Source: an uncultured virus (IMG/VR IMGVR_UViG_3300044608_000562)
Lineage: Duplodnaviria > Heunggongvirae > Uroviricota > Caudoviricetes
Length of the DNA: 64,000 nt
Strand: one strand, 5' to 3'
IMG/VR virus record: IMGVR_UViG_3300044608_000562
Of this stretch, positions 56,898 to 64,000 are shown one piece after another (positions within the stretch are counted from its first letter, which is position 1; each line of letters begins with the position of its first letter). The translations under genes were made by a program, and so were the position numbers. Under the pieces are notes generated by a model. That model was not told where the DNA came from, searched no databases, and saw only the letters and a program-made list of their open reading frames with translations.

Positions 56898-57804
56898 AAC
56901 CAAACTTCTTCAGGATGTCATCGACGCTCTCCTTGACAACAACACGCTTGGTGTCATTGTTGCGTAGAGTTTCAATGTCCAACCCAGACACCACTCGTTC
57001 GAGTTCGGCACGTGCCTCCTCCAAGCGACCGTCCTGTGTGACGTTGAAGTCTTTGAAGGTCTCGCACATCTCTTGTGCCCGCTGCAGCGTGGTGTCGTAC
57101 AACTTGCGCTTCTTGACTTTCATCTGACCGTCTTCGATCACGGTCTCGGTGTCGCAGCAGTGTGAGAGCGACTTCATTACATCAACCATCTGCTCAACCT
57201 GCTTCTGGTAGATGTCCTGCACCAAATCCTTGGCTTGCCGCTCGTAGTGTTGCGCCAAGTCATTGGCTAGGTCGTTGCTTATCTGACAACGGAAGTCACC
57301 GACTGGGACTTCTGCCGTAAAAACTTTCACCTTGAAGCACGACATCACCTCGTCCACAGGTGGGTAGTCCGTAGCCTTGAACATGTCACCTTGAACAAAC
57401 GCCTCGTTAGACACGGCAGTGGTGTAGACCTGCCGAAACTTGTCCTTGAGTTCTTCAGTCTTGGCTTGACGCTCCTCGACCTGCTTCATGAACCCGACGA
57501 TGCGCGGCGTGGGCAGGAACCGCCACCGACCCGACCATGGGTAAGTTTCACGCTCGACAAAGTTGTACCAAGTCTGCCGGTCGTTCAGCACGGCACGATG
57601 CTCGTGGACACCTGCAAGAAGTTTCTTAACGAAACGCCCTGCGTCCCTGTCGGCCTTCTTCGCCGTGGTGACTTCGTCGCTGATCTCGCGATCCTGCTTC
57701 GTGCCAGTCCACACGCTGACCTCGACGTTGACCAAGATGCCCGATGTAGCAAGCGAAACTACGTGGTCGGGCTTTTTCAGTAATGAGTTCGTTTGAGATT
57801 CCAT
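56893..57804 (-). CDS. DUF3150-like helical protein
   Basis: W-x-G-x-K-x-D, TYPW, DYP and FNVT-x-D motifs; usual neighbour of MoxR/vWA pairs in phages. Confidence 0.65.
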   Translation of the reverse strand: MESQTNSLLKKPDHVVSLATSGILVNVEVSVWTGTKQDREISDEVTTAKKADRDAGRFVKKLLAGVHEHRAVLNDRQTWYNFVERETYPWSGRWRFLPTPRIVGFMKQVEERQAKTEELKDKFRQVYTTAVSNEAFVQGDMFKATDYPPVDEVMSCFKVKVFTAEVPVGDFRCQISNDLANDLAQHYERQAKDLVQDIYQKQVEQMVDVMKSLSHCCDTETVIEDGQMKVKKRKLYDTTLQRAQEMCETFKDFNVTQDGRLEEARAELERVVSGLDIETLRNNDTKRVVVKESVDDILKKFGF

Positions 57805-57815
57805 TTGCTCAGCCT

Positions 57816-57830
57816 CCTGACTCTGTCAGA
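57816..57830. promoter_or_regulatory. Palindrome variant CCTGACTCTGTCAGA overlapping SD
   Basis: Overlaps GGAGG (57813-57817) of the gene starting at 57804. Confidence 0.65.
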
Positions 57831-57907
57831 GTCGTAAGTATTTACAGTTCACTAGAGTCGGGCGGTGTGCAGTCCCGCCCCGTTTGTCACTACCACATGA
57901 CAAGAAT

Positions 57908-57936
57908 AGTATAACACAACTTAACAATTAAATCCA
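57908..57936 (-). promoter_or_regulatory. sigma70-type early promoter
   Basis: TGGATT-17 bp-TATACT with TG extension. Confidence 0.65.
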
Positions 57937-57954
57937 GAACAAACACTATCGGCG

Positions 57955-58440
57955 TTACGCATAATTCGCTTTTAGGTACGGTCGCCCGTTGGGCGATATC
58001 TCGCCACGCTCCATGTCGCGCTGATAATTCAGATAGTCGATGACCAACTCTGGCGCACGGGGATCATGTCCACCGATGTTCCACTGGGTGATGTCCTCGA
58101 CCGTCTGGTCGTACTTTTTCCAGTCGTAGATGGTCGCGATCACGCGGTCGGTGTAGCCATCGTCCTGTGGAACTTCAAAAACCAACACCCACTCAGCCTG
58201 TGTCTTGCAGCCATCCCCTTCCAGTGGCTCACCGAACGCAGCGACCAACTCACTGTAGTCGGCACGGACGTAGCCCTGTAGGCTCGTGCCATTGGCATCC
58301 GTAAAGATGTCTTGCGGATAGACTTTCATACGCTCAACCTCCTGCCGTATCTTGGCTAGTTCAAGTTCTAACTGTTGAATCTCGTCTTCTTGACGCTTGT
58401 GGTCGGCCCACCAATCGTCCATGTCGTTTTGCAGAGTCAT
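57955..58440 (-). CDS. Hypothetical early protein (probable internal start at 58330)
   Basis: GTSLQGY...FGEP...ATIYDWK...WNIGG domain. Confidence 0.7.
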   Translation of the reverse strand: MTLQNDMDDWWADHKRQEDEIQQLELELAKIRQEVERMKVYPQDIFTDANGTSLQGYVRADYSELVAAFGEPLEGDGCKTQAEWVLVFEVPQDDGYTDRVIATIYDWKKYDQTVEDITQWNIGGHDPRAPELVIDYLNYQRDMERGEISPNGRPYLKANYA

Positions 58441-58667
58441 CGCTGCACCTCATTAAAAATGTCCAAGGCCACATACGTCCGAACGTCACTGTCTGAACGA
58501 ATGAACTCCTTGTCTGAAGCCCGTAGCATAGTGTCGATGTTGGCAACTTCCCTATCGCCGTGTGCAGTCACCACGTAGTCGAGTCTGGTCAGAAAATGCA
58601 CCTCCTCAGTCAGCCCGTGGATGGTGGCGTAATCCGACCTCATCTCTCCGACATAAAACTTAACCAT
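58437..58667 (-). CDS. Small early protein
   Basis: SD AGGAGGT; ATGA coupling. Confidence 0.65.
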   Translation of the reverse strand: MVKFYVGEMRSDYATIHGLTEEVHFLTRLDYVVTAHGDREVANIDTMLRASDKEFIRSDSDVRTYVALDIFNEVQR

Positions 58668-58676
58668 GAGACACCT

Positions 58677-58691
58677 CCTGACAATGTCAGA
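58677..58691. promoter_or_regulatory. Palindrome CCTGACAATGTCAGA overlapping SD and upstream stop
   Basis: Perfect core. Confidence 0.75.
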
Positions 58692-58797
58692 TAAAAAAGT
58701 AATAAATGATGCTGCCAGTCATGGCTGCCGCGAACCCGTGGCAGAATGCAGAGAAATACATTCTCCACATGAACAGCATCGCTTCTTGCTCACTCAT
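58687..58797 (-). CDS. 36-aa single-TM micro-protein
   Basis: MSEQEAMLFMWRMYFSAFCHGFAAAMTGSIIYYFFI; SD AAGGAGG; stop lies inside the palindrome. Confidence 0.55.
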   Translation of the reverse strand: MSEQEAMLFMWRMYFSAFCHGFAAAMTGSIIYYFFI

Positions 58798-58990
58798 TGG
58801 CGTTGCCCTCCTTCTGGAATCCGTATTCCACCTTCAATACAGTCTCTACCTCACGCCGAATCCAATCCTCAGACTCAGCGGCGTTGGAATGTAGACGGAA
58901 CAACACGCGCTCCAAGTCTGTGACCCGTTGCTGCAATTCCAACTCCCGAATCTGACGCTTCAACTCGTCAACCTTGTCAAAAATGTTCAC
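58790..58990 (-). CDS. Small coiled-coil early protein
   Basis: GTG start after GAGGAGGTGTGAG. Confidence 0.6.
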   Translation of the reverse strand: MNIFDKVDELKRQIRELELQQRVTDLERVLFRLHSNAAESEDWIRREVETVLKVEYGFQKEGNANE

Positions 58991-58991
58991 C

Positions 58992-59228
58992 TCACACCTC
59001 CTCGCCAACGGCGTTGACCAACGGACGGCTAACGATCTCAAACACCTCGTCCTCGTCGGTGTCCTCGCTGATATCCTCGTCCTCACGCATCTGCGCGACC
59101 AAGTCATCGCGATACTGCTGCGCGTCCTCCATGTTGCGGAACACTGCCTCTATGGGGTAATCAGCGTCATACCCATAGCCCTCGTCGCTTACACGCAACA
59201 ACACATAAACATAATTAACCACGCTCAT
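58992..59228 (-). CDS. Small acidic early protein
   Basis: SD GGAGG; ATGA coupling; D/E-rich. Confidence 0.65.
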   Translation of the reverse strand: MSVVNYVYVLLRVSDEGYGYDADYPIEAVFRNMEDAQQYRDDLVAQMREDEDISEDTDEDEVFEIVSRPLVNAVGEEV

Positions 59229-59446
59229 CGGTAAAACCCTCCCTTGTTGTTGATGCCTCTGACCTCGTCAGCGTTAGCAGGAACGATGTAGTTCGACTTG
59301 TGCAACGGCACGATGGTGTGCTTGCGCTTGCGTGCCTCGCGCTCCCCGCAGGGTAGGCAGGTAATGAATCCCGCCATGCTACGGGCATGCGGTACGCGCT
59401 TCGCCCAACACTTCGTGCATAACTTTTCCATACCATTCTGTGACAT
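59225..59446 (-). CDS. Small Zn-finger early protein
   Basis: CTKC...CLPCGE, PLHKSNY; SD GGAGG. Confidence 0.7.
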   Translation of the reverse strand: MSQNGMEKLCTKCWAKRVPHARSMAGFITCLPCGEREARKRKHTIVPLHKSNYIVPANADEVRGINNKGGFYR

Positions 59447-59486
59447 ATGCTGTGTCGCCTCCGTTTCCTATGTTGTTGGTTCATGT

Positions 59487-59501
59487 TCTGACAGTGTCAG
59501 A
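59487..59501. promoter_or_regulatory. Palindrome TCTGACAGTGTCAGA
   Basis: Between promoter 59547-59575 and gene start 59446. Confidence 0.75.
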
Positions 59502-59546
59502 GTCATGAGTATTTCCGGCCCGTCTCGCTCTCTCCATTCTATACAT

Positions 59547-59575
59547 AGTATAACAAAACTTGACAACTTAATCAA
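59547..59575 (-). promoter_or_regulatory. sigma70-type early promoter
   Basis: TTGATT-17 bp-TATACT with TG extension. Confidence 0.75.
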
Positions 59576-59783
59576 GTGGATGAGGCAACGGCGATGGGCT
59601 TGCCGAGTGAAAAGATTTTGGAATTTAGTGGTCACTCTGGCCGCACGTGTCAGCGTGGTATGTGCGTTGTTTAGGTGATGTTGAAATTAAGTGTGTGCCT
59701 GAACACACCGGTAATTGTGTCGGCGTGGTAATCCGATTGCGTTAGCGATGAAAACCCTGTGGGTAAGTTGTTAGTTGTGGCAT

Positions 59784-60161
59784 TGTTCCGCAAAAGTGTT
59801 CCGATGTTCCAGCGTGTTCCACAAAAAAAAGTTGTACTATTCTTCACGGGTGCGACGTTCCGTAGTGTAAGCGAGTGTAGTAAGTTATTGATTATTAAGA
59901 AGAAGAAAGAAGAAGAAGTTATATTATGGAACAGAAAATAGTATAAGTGTTCCATGTTCCACAGTTTTGGGAATAGGGGATACGGATTGCCGAAAAAATT
60001 TTATTTACAGATTTGCGGCGTGCCATGAACGGTGTCCAACTTTGTCCCCTTAGCCCCTCTTGGAAAACGTGGAACATTGGAACAAACCGTGTTTTTGTTT
60101 TATTTATCAAAGGCTTGCGTGTTCCACGACTCTGGAACACGTGTGGAACAGATACGGAACA
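59784..60161. repeat. Iteron-like TGTTCC/GGAACA cluster around an AT-rich core; candidate replication origin
   Basis: 13 hexamer copies (7 TGTTCC, 6 GGAACA) in about 380 bp of non-coding DNA. Confidence 0.6.
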
Positions 60162-60162
60162 G

Positions 60163-60177
60163 TCTGACACTGTCAGA
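60163..60177. promoter_or_regulatory. Palindrome TCTGACACTGTCAGA
   Basis: Between last iteron and a + strand -35 box. Confidence 0.75.
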
Positions 60178-60180
60178 GCG

Positions 60181-60209
60181 TTGACTTTCAAAAAGTTATG
60201 TGTTAGCCT
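60181..60209 (+). promoter_or_regulatory. Rightward sigma70-type promoter with no downstream CDS
   Basis: TTGACT-17 bp-TAGCCT with TG extension. Confidence 0.55.
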
Positions 60210-60298
60210 TGGGCATACCAAGGCGGTTGGTAAAAAATTAGGCTTTCGCCTTCGCCATACGCTTTCACCTTGCCCTTCGGCTTTACCCTTTTCCCTAG

Positions 60299-60350
60299 GA
60301 ACTGGTTTCTAAGAACTGGTATCCAATAGAACTGGCTTCGTAGGAACTGG
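60299..60350 (+). repeat. Four GAACTGG direct repeats, 14-16 bp period
   Basis: At 60299, 60313, 60329 and 60344. Confidence 0.8.
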
Positions 60351-60382
60351 CCTCACGGCGTGAACCGAGGTCGTTTAGGCAC

Positions 60383-60416
60383 AAAAAAGCCCCGACAAGG
60401 CGAACCCTGTCGGGGC
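60383..60416 (-). terminator. Rho-independent terminator of first early operon
   Basis: GCCCCGACA...TGTCGGGGC stem with T6 on minus strand. Confidence 0.85.
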
Positions 60417-60421
60417 GTGGT

Positions 60422-60592
60422 TCAGAATCTGAACTCGTGTTGCTTTGGTCGGTTCTCGTAGCGGAACTCTAATCGGTACGGAACCTTGTTTCGGATTAGA
60501 ACGCCAATCCAGTAAACCGCCTGTCGTGTCGAATCGAATTCCCGAACGTCCGTGCCGAGCATTGATTCTGACGTTACTGTGTAGACAATCAT
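60422..60592 (-). CDS. 56-aa early protein (absent from ORF track)
   Basis: MIVYTVTSESMLGTDVREFDSTRQAVYW...; SD GAGGT; followed by terminator. Confidence 0.65.
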   Translation of the reverse strand: MIVYTVTSESMLGTDVREFDSTRQAVYWIGVLIRNKVPYRLEFRYENRPKQHEFRF

Positions 60593-60605
60593 AGCGTGAT
60601 ACCTC

Positions 60606-60620
60606 GCTGACAGTGTCAGA
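60606..60620. promoter_or_regulatory. Palindrome GCTGACAGTGTCAGA
   Basis: Abuts SD of 60422-60592; next to GGGGCGGC/GCCGCCCC hairpin. Confidence 0.75.
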
Positions 60621-60655
60621 GCAGGGGCGGCTCTCGCCGCCCCGCCCCGTGTGGA

Positions 60656-61336
60656 TTACCCGAGCAGAGCCTTGCGGAACTGCGCGAGAGCCTTCTTCGC
60701 ACCGTCGTTCGTCGCGACCTTGCGGCCGTCCGTCCGAGCCTTGCCGAGTTTGGCGATCATCGGCTTGGCGAGACCGTCGATCCATTCCTCGACAGACTGG
60801 GCAGCACCGCGACCACCAGACCGCTCGACGAAGTCAGCCTCGAAGAACCGCCCCCACGCCTTAGTCGCCGTGTTGGTTACCGTCTTGCGGGTAGACTCCA
60901 CGAACCGCCGAATGCCCATCGGGTTCTCGGTCAGACTCGGCAACTTGGCGAGGCTAGCGCGATCCATCGCAACCGCGTTGCGCCCCGTCAGATTGAAGTT
61001 AGCCGGACGATCCGCGCTCGGCACGTGGAACTCATCGTCGCCCGACTTGTGCAGTGGTCGGTCATACTCGGAACCCTCGGTCAGCGAGACAATCGCCGCC
61101 GCCATAAACAGGTTTCGCGCTTCCTCGCACTGCTCGGACTCGCGATCCAATGCGCCCGTATCGGTACGGGGAAACTCGGCAGTCAGCCTTGCGAACTCGC
61201 CCCGATACTTCGCCCACTTGGTGCGATCCGCGCGGGTATGACCGCCGACCTCGCGACCCAGACCAGAAATCCCATCCGCGACGGACGGGGCCAGAACGGA
61301 CTTGACGGCGTCCGAAACCGTGTTGGCTTGTGCCAT
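60656..61336 (-). CDS. First early gene, 226-aa hypothetical protein
   Basis: SD GGAG; own extended -10 promoter. Confidence 0.8.
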   Translation of the reverse strand: MAQANTVSDAVKSVLAPSVADGISGLGREVGGHTRADRTKWAKYRGEFARLTAEFPRTDTGALDRESEQCEEARNLFMAAAIVSLTEGSEYDRPLHKSGDDEFHVPSADRPANFNLTGRNAVAMDRASLAKLPSLTENPMGIRRFVESTRKTVTNTATKAWGRFFEADFVERSGGRGAAQSVEEWIDGLAKPMIAKLGKARTDGRKVATNDGAKKALAQFRKALLG

Positions 61337-61426
61337 GGTAGTGATACTCCAAAGAACCCCGCAGGACGCGGCGGGTATCGCGACAGCAGATCGTCTACTG
61401 TGATTCCATTATACCACACTCGCTAG

Positions 61427-61441
61427 TCTGACAGTGTCAGA
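61427..61441. promoter_or_regulatory. Palindrome TCTGACAGTGTCAGA (same site as 713-727)
   Basis: Overlaps early promoter. Confidence 0.75.
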
Positions 61442-61695
61442 GCAGCGCAGCAGGCAAAAAATGGCGCGAACTCAAGCCCACACGGTGTGCAAGGCCATGG
61501 CCTAGCCGACCCCACCGGTAGCCACCCCCGTCGCTAGGTTTAGGAGTCCCAGCAATCCTCTATACATCCTAATCCACACAAATCACCCCACATTTCTCCA
61601 ATGTTCGCACCCCACCCCCCTTCATATAGAAAACCCCCCCTTGATGGAACCTTAAGATTCCTTTATATAACGACACATTACTTGGGTTGAGGCCC

Positions 61696-62289
61696 ATGCA
61701 GACACTCGTTCCATACATCGAAGACAACGTTCCGCTTCCCGCTAACGCGGCTGAAGCGTTGCCGGAGTTGACTCCGGCTGAAGAACTGAGCATGCGGGTA
61801 CGTACTATAAAACTCGTATCCGATCTGACAGGCCAGCCCATCATCCCGACTGACGAAGAAAAGGATGCTGCCGAGGAAATGGCTAGAAAAATGATGGAAG
61901 ACCCTGATGCACGGCCTGAATATGCCCTGCACTCTGATGAATTTACTGCGTATTTATCGGGTCTGGTCTACCGTTCTAACGGTGCCATCGTCAAAGAATT
62001 GTCTGACCTAAAGAACTACGTCATAAACAAACTTGTTTATGAGATAGAACACACTAAAGACAACAAACTTAAGATGCAGGCCGTCGCAAAACTAGGCGAA
62101 ATTGACGGCGTAGACGCTTTCAAACGGCGTACTGAGACTACTCATTTAGTAAAACCGATTGAAGAAGTTGAAAAAGAACTTCTTCAGGTGCTGGAAGGCA
62201 TCGAGTACAGCGTAGTTGACGATAATAATGGCGATATAAACCCCGAAGACTACCTGCTACCTGATGAAACTGCCCCAACTAACTCCTGA
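61696..62289 (+). CDS. Putative terminase small subunit (wrap-around copy)
   Basis: Same as 982-1575. Confidence 0.6.
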   Translation: MQTLVPYIEDNVPLPANAAEALPELTPAEELSMRVRTIKLVSDLTGQPIIPTDEEKDAAEEMARKMMEDPDARPEYALHSDEFTAYLSGLVYRSNGAIVKELSDLKNYVINKLVYEIEHTKDNKLKMQAVAKLGEIDGVDAFKRRTETTHLVKPIEEVEKELLQVLEGIEYSVVDDNNGDINPEDYLLPDETAPTNS

Positions 62290-63787
62290 AAAACTCAAAG
62301 CGTTGCGTATGGCGCTGCCAACGATGCCCGATGAGCAGAAACGGCGCACGTTGGAGTTGCTAAGGACGTATCAGGCTGAGCGTACCCGTGCCGTTGGCAA
62401 GGATTCCTTCTTGGATTTCATCGCTCACGTGTATCCCGGCTACAAAGTAGGGCCGCACCACCGAAAATTAGCGGGAATTTTCGAGGATATCGCTGCGGGA
62501 AAGCGAAAAAGGGTCATCGTCAACATTGCTCCGCGTCATGGCAAGAGCGAAATGATCAGTTACCTCGCTCCTGCGTGGTTTTTGGGCAAATATCCGCATA
62601 AAAAGGTCATCATGGCCTCTCACACTGCCGATTTGGCAGTTAATTTTGGTCGGAGGGTTCGCAATCTTGTGGGGTCAGACCTTTATCACGACATTTTCCC
62701 GACTGTGGAACTTCAAGCAGATAGTAAAAGTGCTTCTCGTTGGGGTACTAACTTTAATGGCGAGTATTTTGCTATTGGTGTTGGTGGTGCTCTGGCCGGT
62801 CGCGGCGCTGATCTATTCATTATTGATGACCCTCATTCTGAGCAGGAAGCAAAACAAGGCCGAGCCGACGTTTTCGAGCCAGCATGGGAGTGGTTCCAGT
62901 CCGGCCCCGTTCAAAGGTTGATGCCGGGCGGTGCGATCATCGTGGTGATGACCCGTTGGTCAAAGATGGATTTGACCGGCAAGATTACCGACCACATGAT
63001 CAAAAATGAGGACGCCGATCAGTGGGAAGTAGTCGAGTTTCCAGCCATTTTGAACGATAGACCGCTATGGCCTGACTTCTGGACACTAGAAGAACTCCTT
63101 GCCAAAAAGGCCAGCATGGATGTGCGCTATTGGCAGGCACAGTACATGCAGCAGCCGACCTCGGAGGAGGGTGCGCTCATCAAGCGGGAGTGGTGGCAGG
63201 TGTGGGAGAAGGAAGACCCGCCGCCATGCGAGCACCTGATAATGAGCCTTGATGCGGCACAGGAGAAAACTAACCGCTCCGACTTTAACGCCCTGACTAC
63301 GTGGGGTGTCTTCTTCAACGAGGAGACTAAGAACTATAACCTGATCCTGCTCAATGCCATCAAGGAGCGCCTTGAGTTCCCTGAGTTAAAGGCGTTGGTG
63401 CTGGAGCAGTACAAGGAGTGGAACCCCGACTCGTTTATCGTGGAGAAAAAGTCCAACGGGGCGGCGCTATACCAAGAGATGCGCCGGATGGGCGTGCCGC
63501 TTAGCGAGTTCACCCCGTCCAAGGGACAAGACAAGATCAGCAGAGTAAATGCTGTGTCAGACCTGTTTGCTGCGGGTATAGTCTGGGTGCCTGATAGGCG
63601 CTGGGCTTGGGAGGTGGTTGAAGAGTGCAACGACTTCCCGTCTGGCACGAACGACGACTTGGTGGACTCGACCACGTTGGCTCTTTTGCGTTTCCGTCAG
63701 GGCGGCTTTATACGCCTGCCCACTGACGAGCCAGAACCGATGAAGTGGTTTAAGAGCCGCAAGAATGCGTCAGCGCGATACTACTAG
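62264..63787 (+). CDS. terL: Terminase large subunit (wrap-around copy)
   Basis: Same as 1550-3073. Confidence 0.95.
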   Translation: MKLPQLTPEKLKALRMALPTMPDEQKRRTLELLRTYQAERTRAVGKDSFLDFIAHVYPGYKVGPHHRKLAGIFEDIAAGKRKRVIVNIAPRHGKSEMISYLAPAWFLGKYPHKKVIMASHTADLAVNFGRRVRNLVGSDLYHDIFPTVELQADSKSASRWGTNFNGEYFAIGVGGALAGRGADLFIIDDPHSEQEAKQGRADVFEPAWEWFQSGPVQRLMPGGAIIVVMTRWSKMDLTGKITDHMIKNEDADQWEVVEFPAILNDRPLWPDFWTLEELLAKKASMDVRYWQAQYMQQPTSEEGALIKREWWQVWEKEDPPPCEHLIMSLDAAQEKTNRSDFNALTTWGVFFNEETKNYNLILLNAIKERLEFPELKALVLEQYKEWNPDSFIVEKKSNGAALYQEMRRMGVPLSEFTPSKGQDKISRVNAVSDLFAAGIVWVPDRRWAWEVVEECNDFPSGTNDDLVDSTTLALLRFRQGGFIRLPTDEPEPMKWFKSRKNASARYY

Positions 63788-63797
63788 GAGAATCTAA

Positions 63798-64000
63798 ATG
63801 GCTGTCGATAAAAGTTTGATGCAGGCTCCGCAGGGTTTAGAAGCACTTGCTCCCCCTGAGCCGATTGAGATCATGATCGAAGACCCAGAGAGCGTGGCTA
63901 TCGGCGTTGATGGCATGGTCGTTGAGATGGTCAAGTCCGAGCCTCGCGCCGAAGACTTTGACGCCAATCTCGCTGACTTCATGAGCGAGGGCGAACTAGG
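63798..64000 (+). CDS. Portal protein, 5' part (wrap-around copy)
   Basis: Same as 3084-3286. Confidence 0.85.
   Translation, partial: MAVDKSLMQAPQGLEALAPPEPIEIMIEDPESVAIGVDGMVVEMVKSEPRAEDFDANLADFMSEGEL

Larger units (their letters stand above)
60715..64000. repeat. Copy 2 of terminal overlap (same as 1-3286)
   Basis: Sequence identity by inspection and identical ORF translations. Confidence 0.97.

Noticed and set aside
60135..60160. GAAC-N7-GAAC-N7-GAAC as an alphaproteobacterial LexA box
   Set aside because: It fits formally, but ten other GGAACA copies have other spacings and orientations, so iterons are simpler; not excluded without knowing the host
59671..60312. ORF-track ORFs across the origin region
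   Set aside because: No SDs, and translations reflect the DNA repeats; treated as non-coding
60299..60350. GAACTGG repeats as a mini-CRISPR array
   Set aside because: 7-bp repeats with 7-9-bp spacers are far too short, and there is no cas operon
52957..61441. Palindromes as integron-like cassette recombination sites
   Set aside because: Two copies are intragenic and no recombinase is encoded
60715..64000. 3.3-kb duplication as a biological direct terminal repeat or second terminase
   Set aside because: It runs to both window edges and cuts genes mid-way; best explained by wrap-around of a circular or concatenated assembly

Overview
The window holds one complete tailed-phage genome of 60,714 bp, probably a podophage of an aquatic Gram-negative host. 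Positions 1-3286 recur at 60715-64000 (wrap-around). The + arm (982-37214) carries terminase, portal, GroES, scaffold, a Mu gpT-like capsid, a cluster of small basic proteins, an EndoVII-type homing endonuclease, tail, fibre and lysis genes, and very large ejection-type proteins. The - arm (37211-61336) carries a primase-helicase, SNF2 helicase, PD-(D/E)XK nuclease, PolA (Leu762 type), a glycosyltransferase/methyltransferase cluster, a ParB-like protein, a MoxR AAA+/vWA-metallopeptidase module and small early genes. I saw no integrase, tRNA, CRISPR or reverse transcriptase. The strongest unexplained signals are: (1) a 15-bp palindrome, nCTGACAnTGTCAGn, with a matS-like core, repeated about every 0.8-0.9 kb across the early region and putative origin, including inside genes; (2) a [MFY]-x-x-G-G peptide tag in about 17 copies across six virion-region proteins; (3) an overprinted gene with a strong SD between two FtsK-gamma-like domains of the 1993-aa protein; (4) several candidate structured RNAs. 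All protein calls come from motif recognition by eye; no searches were run.
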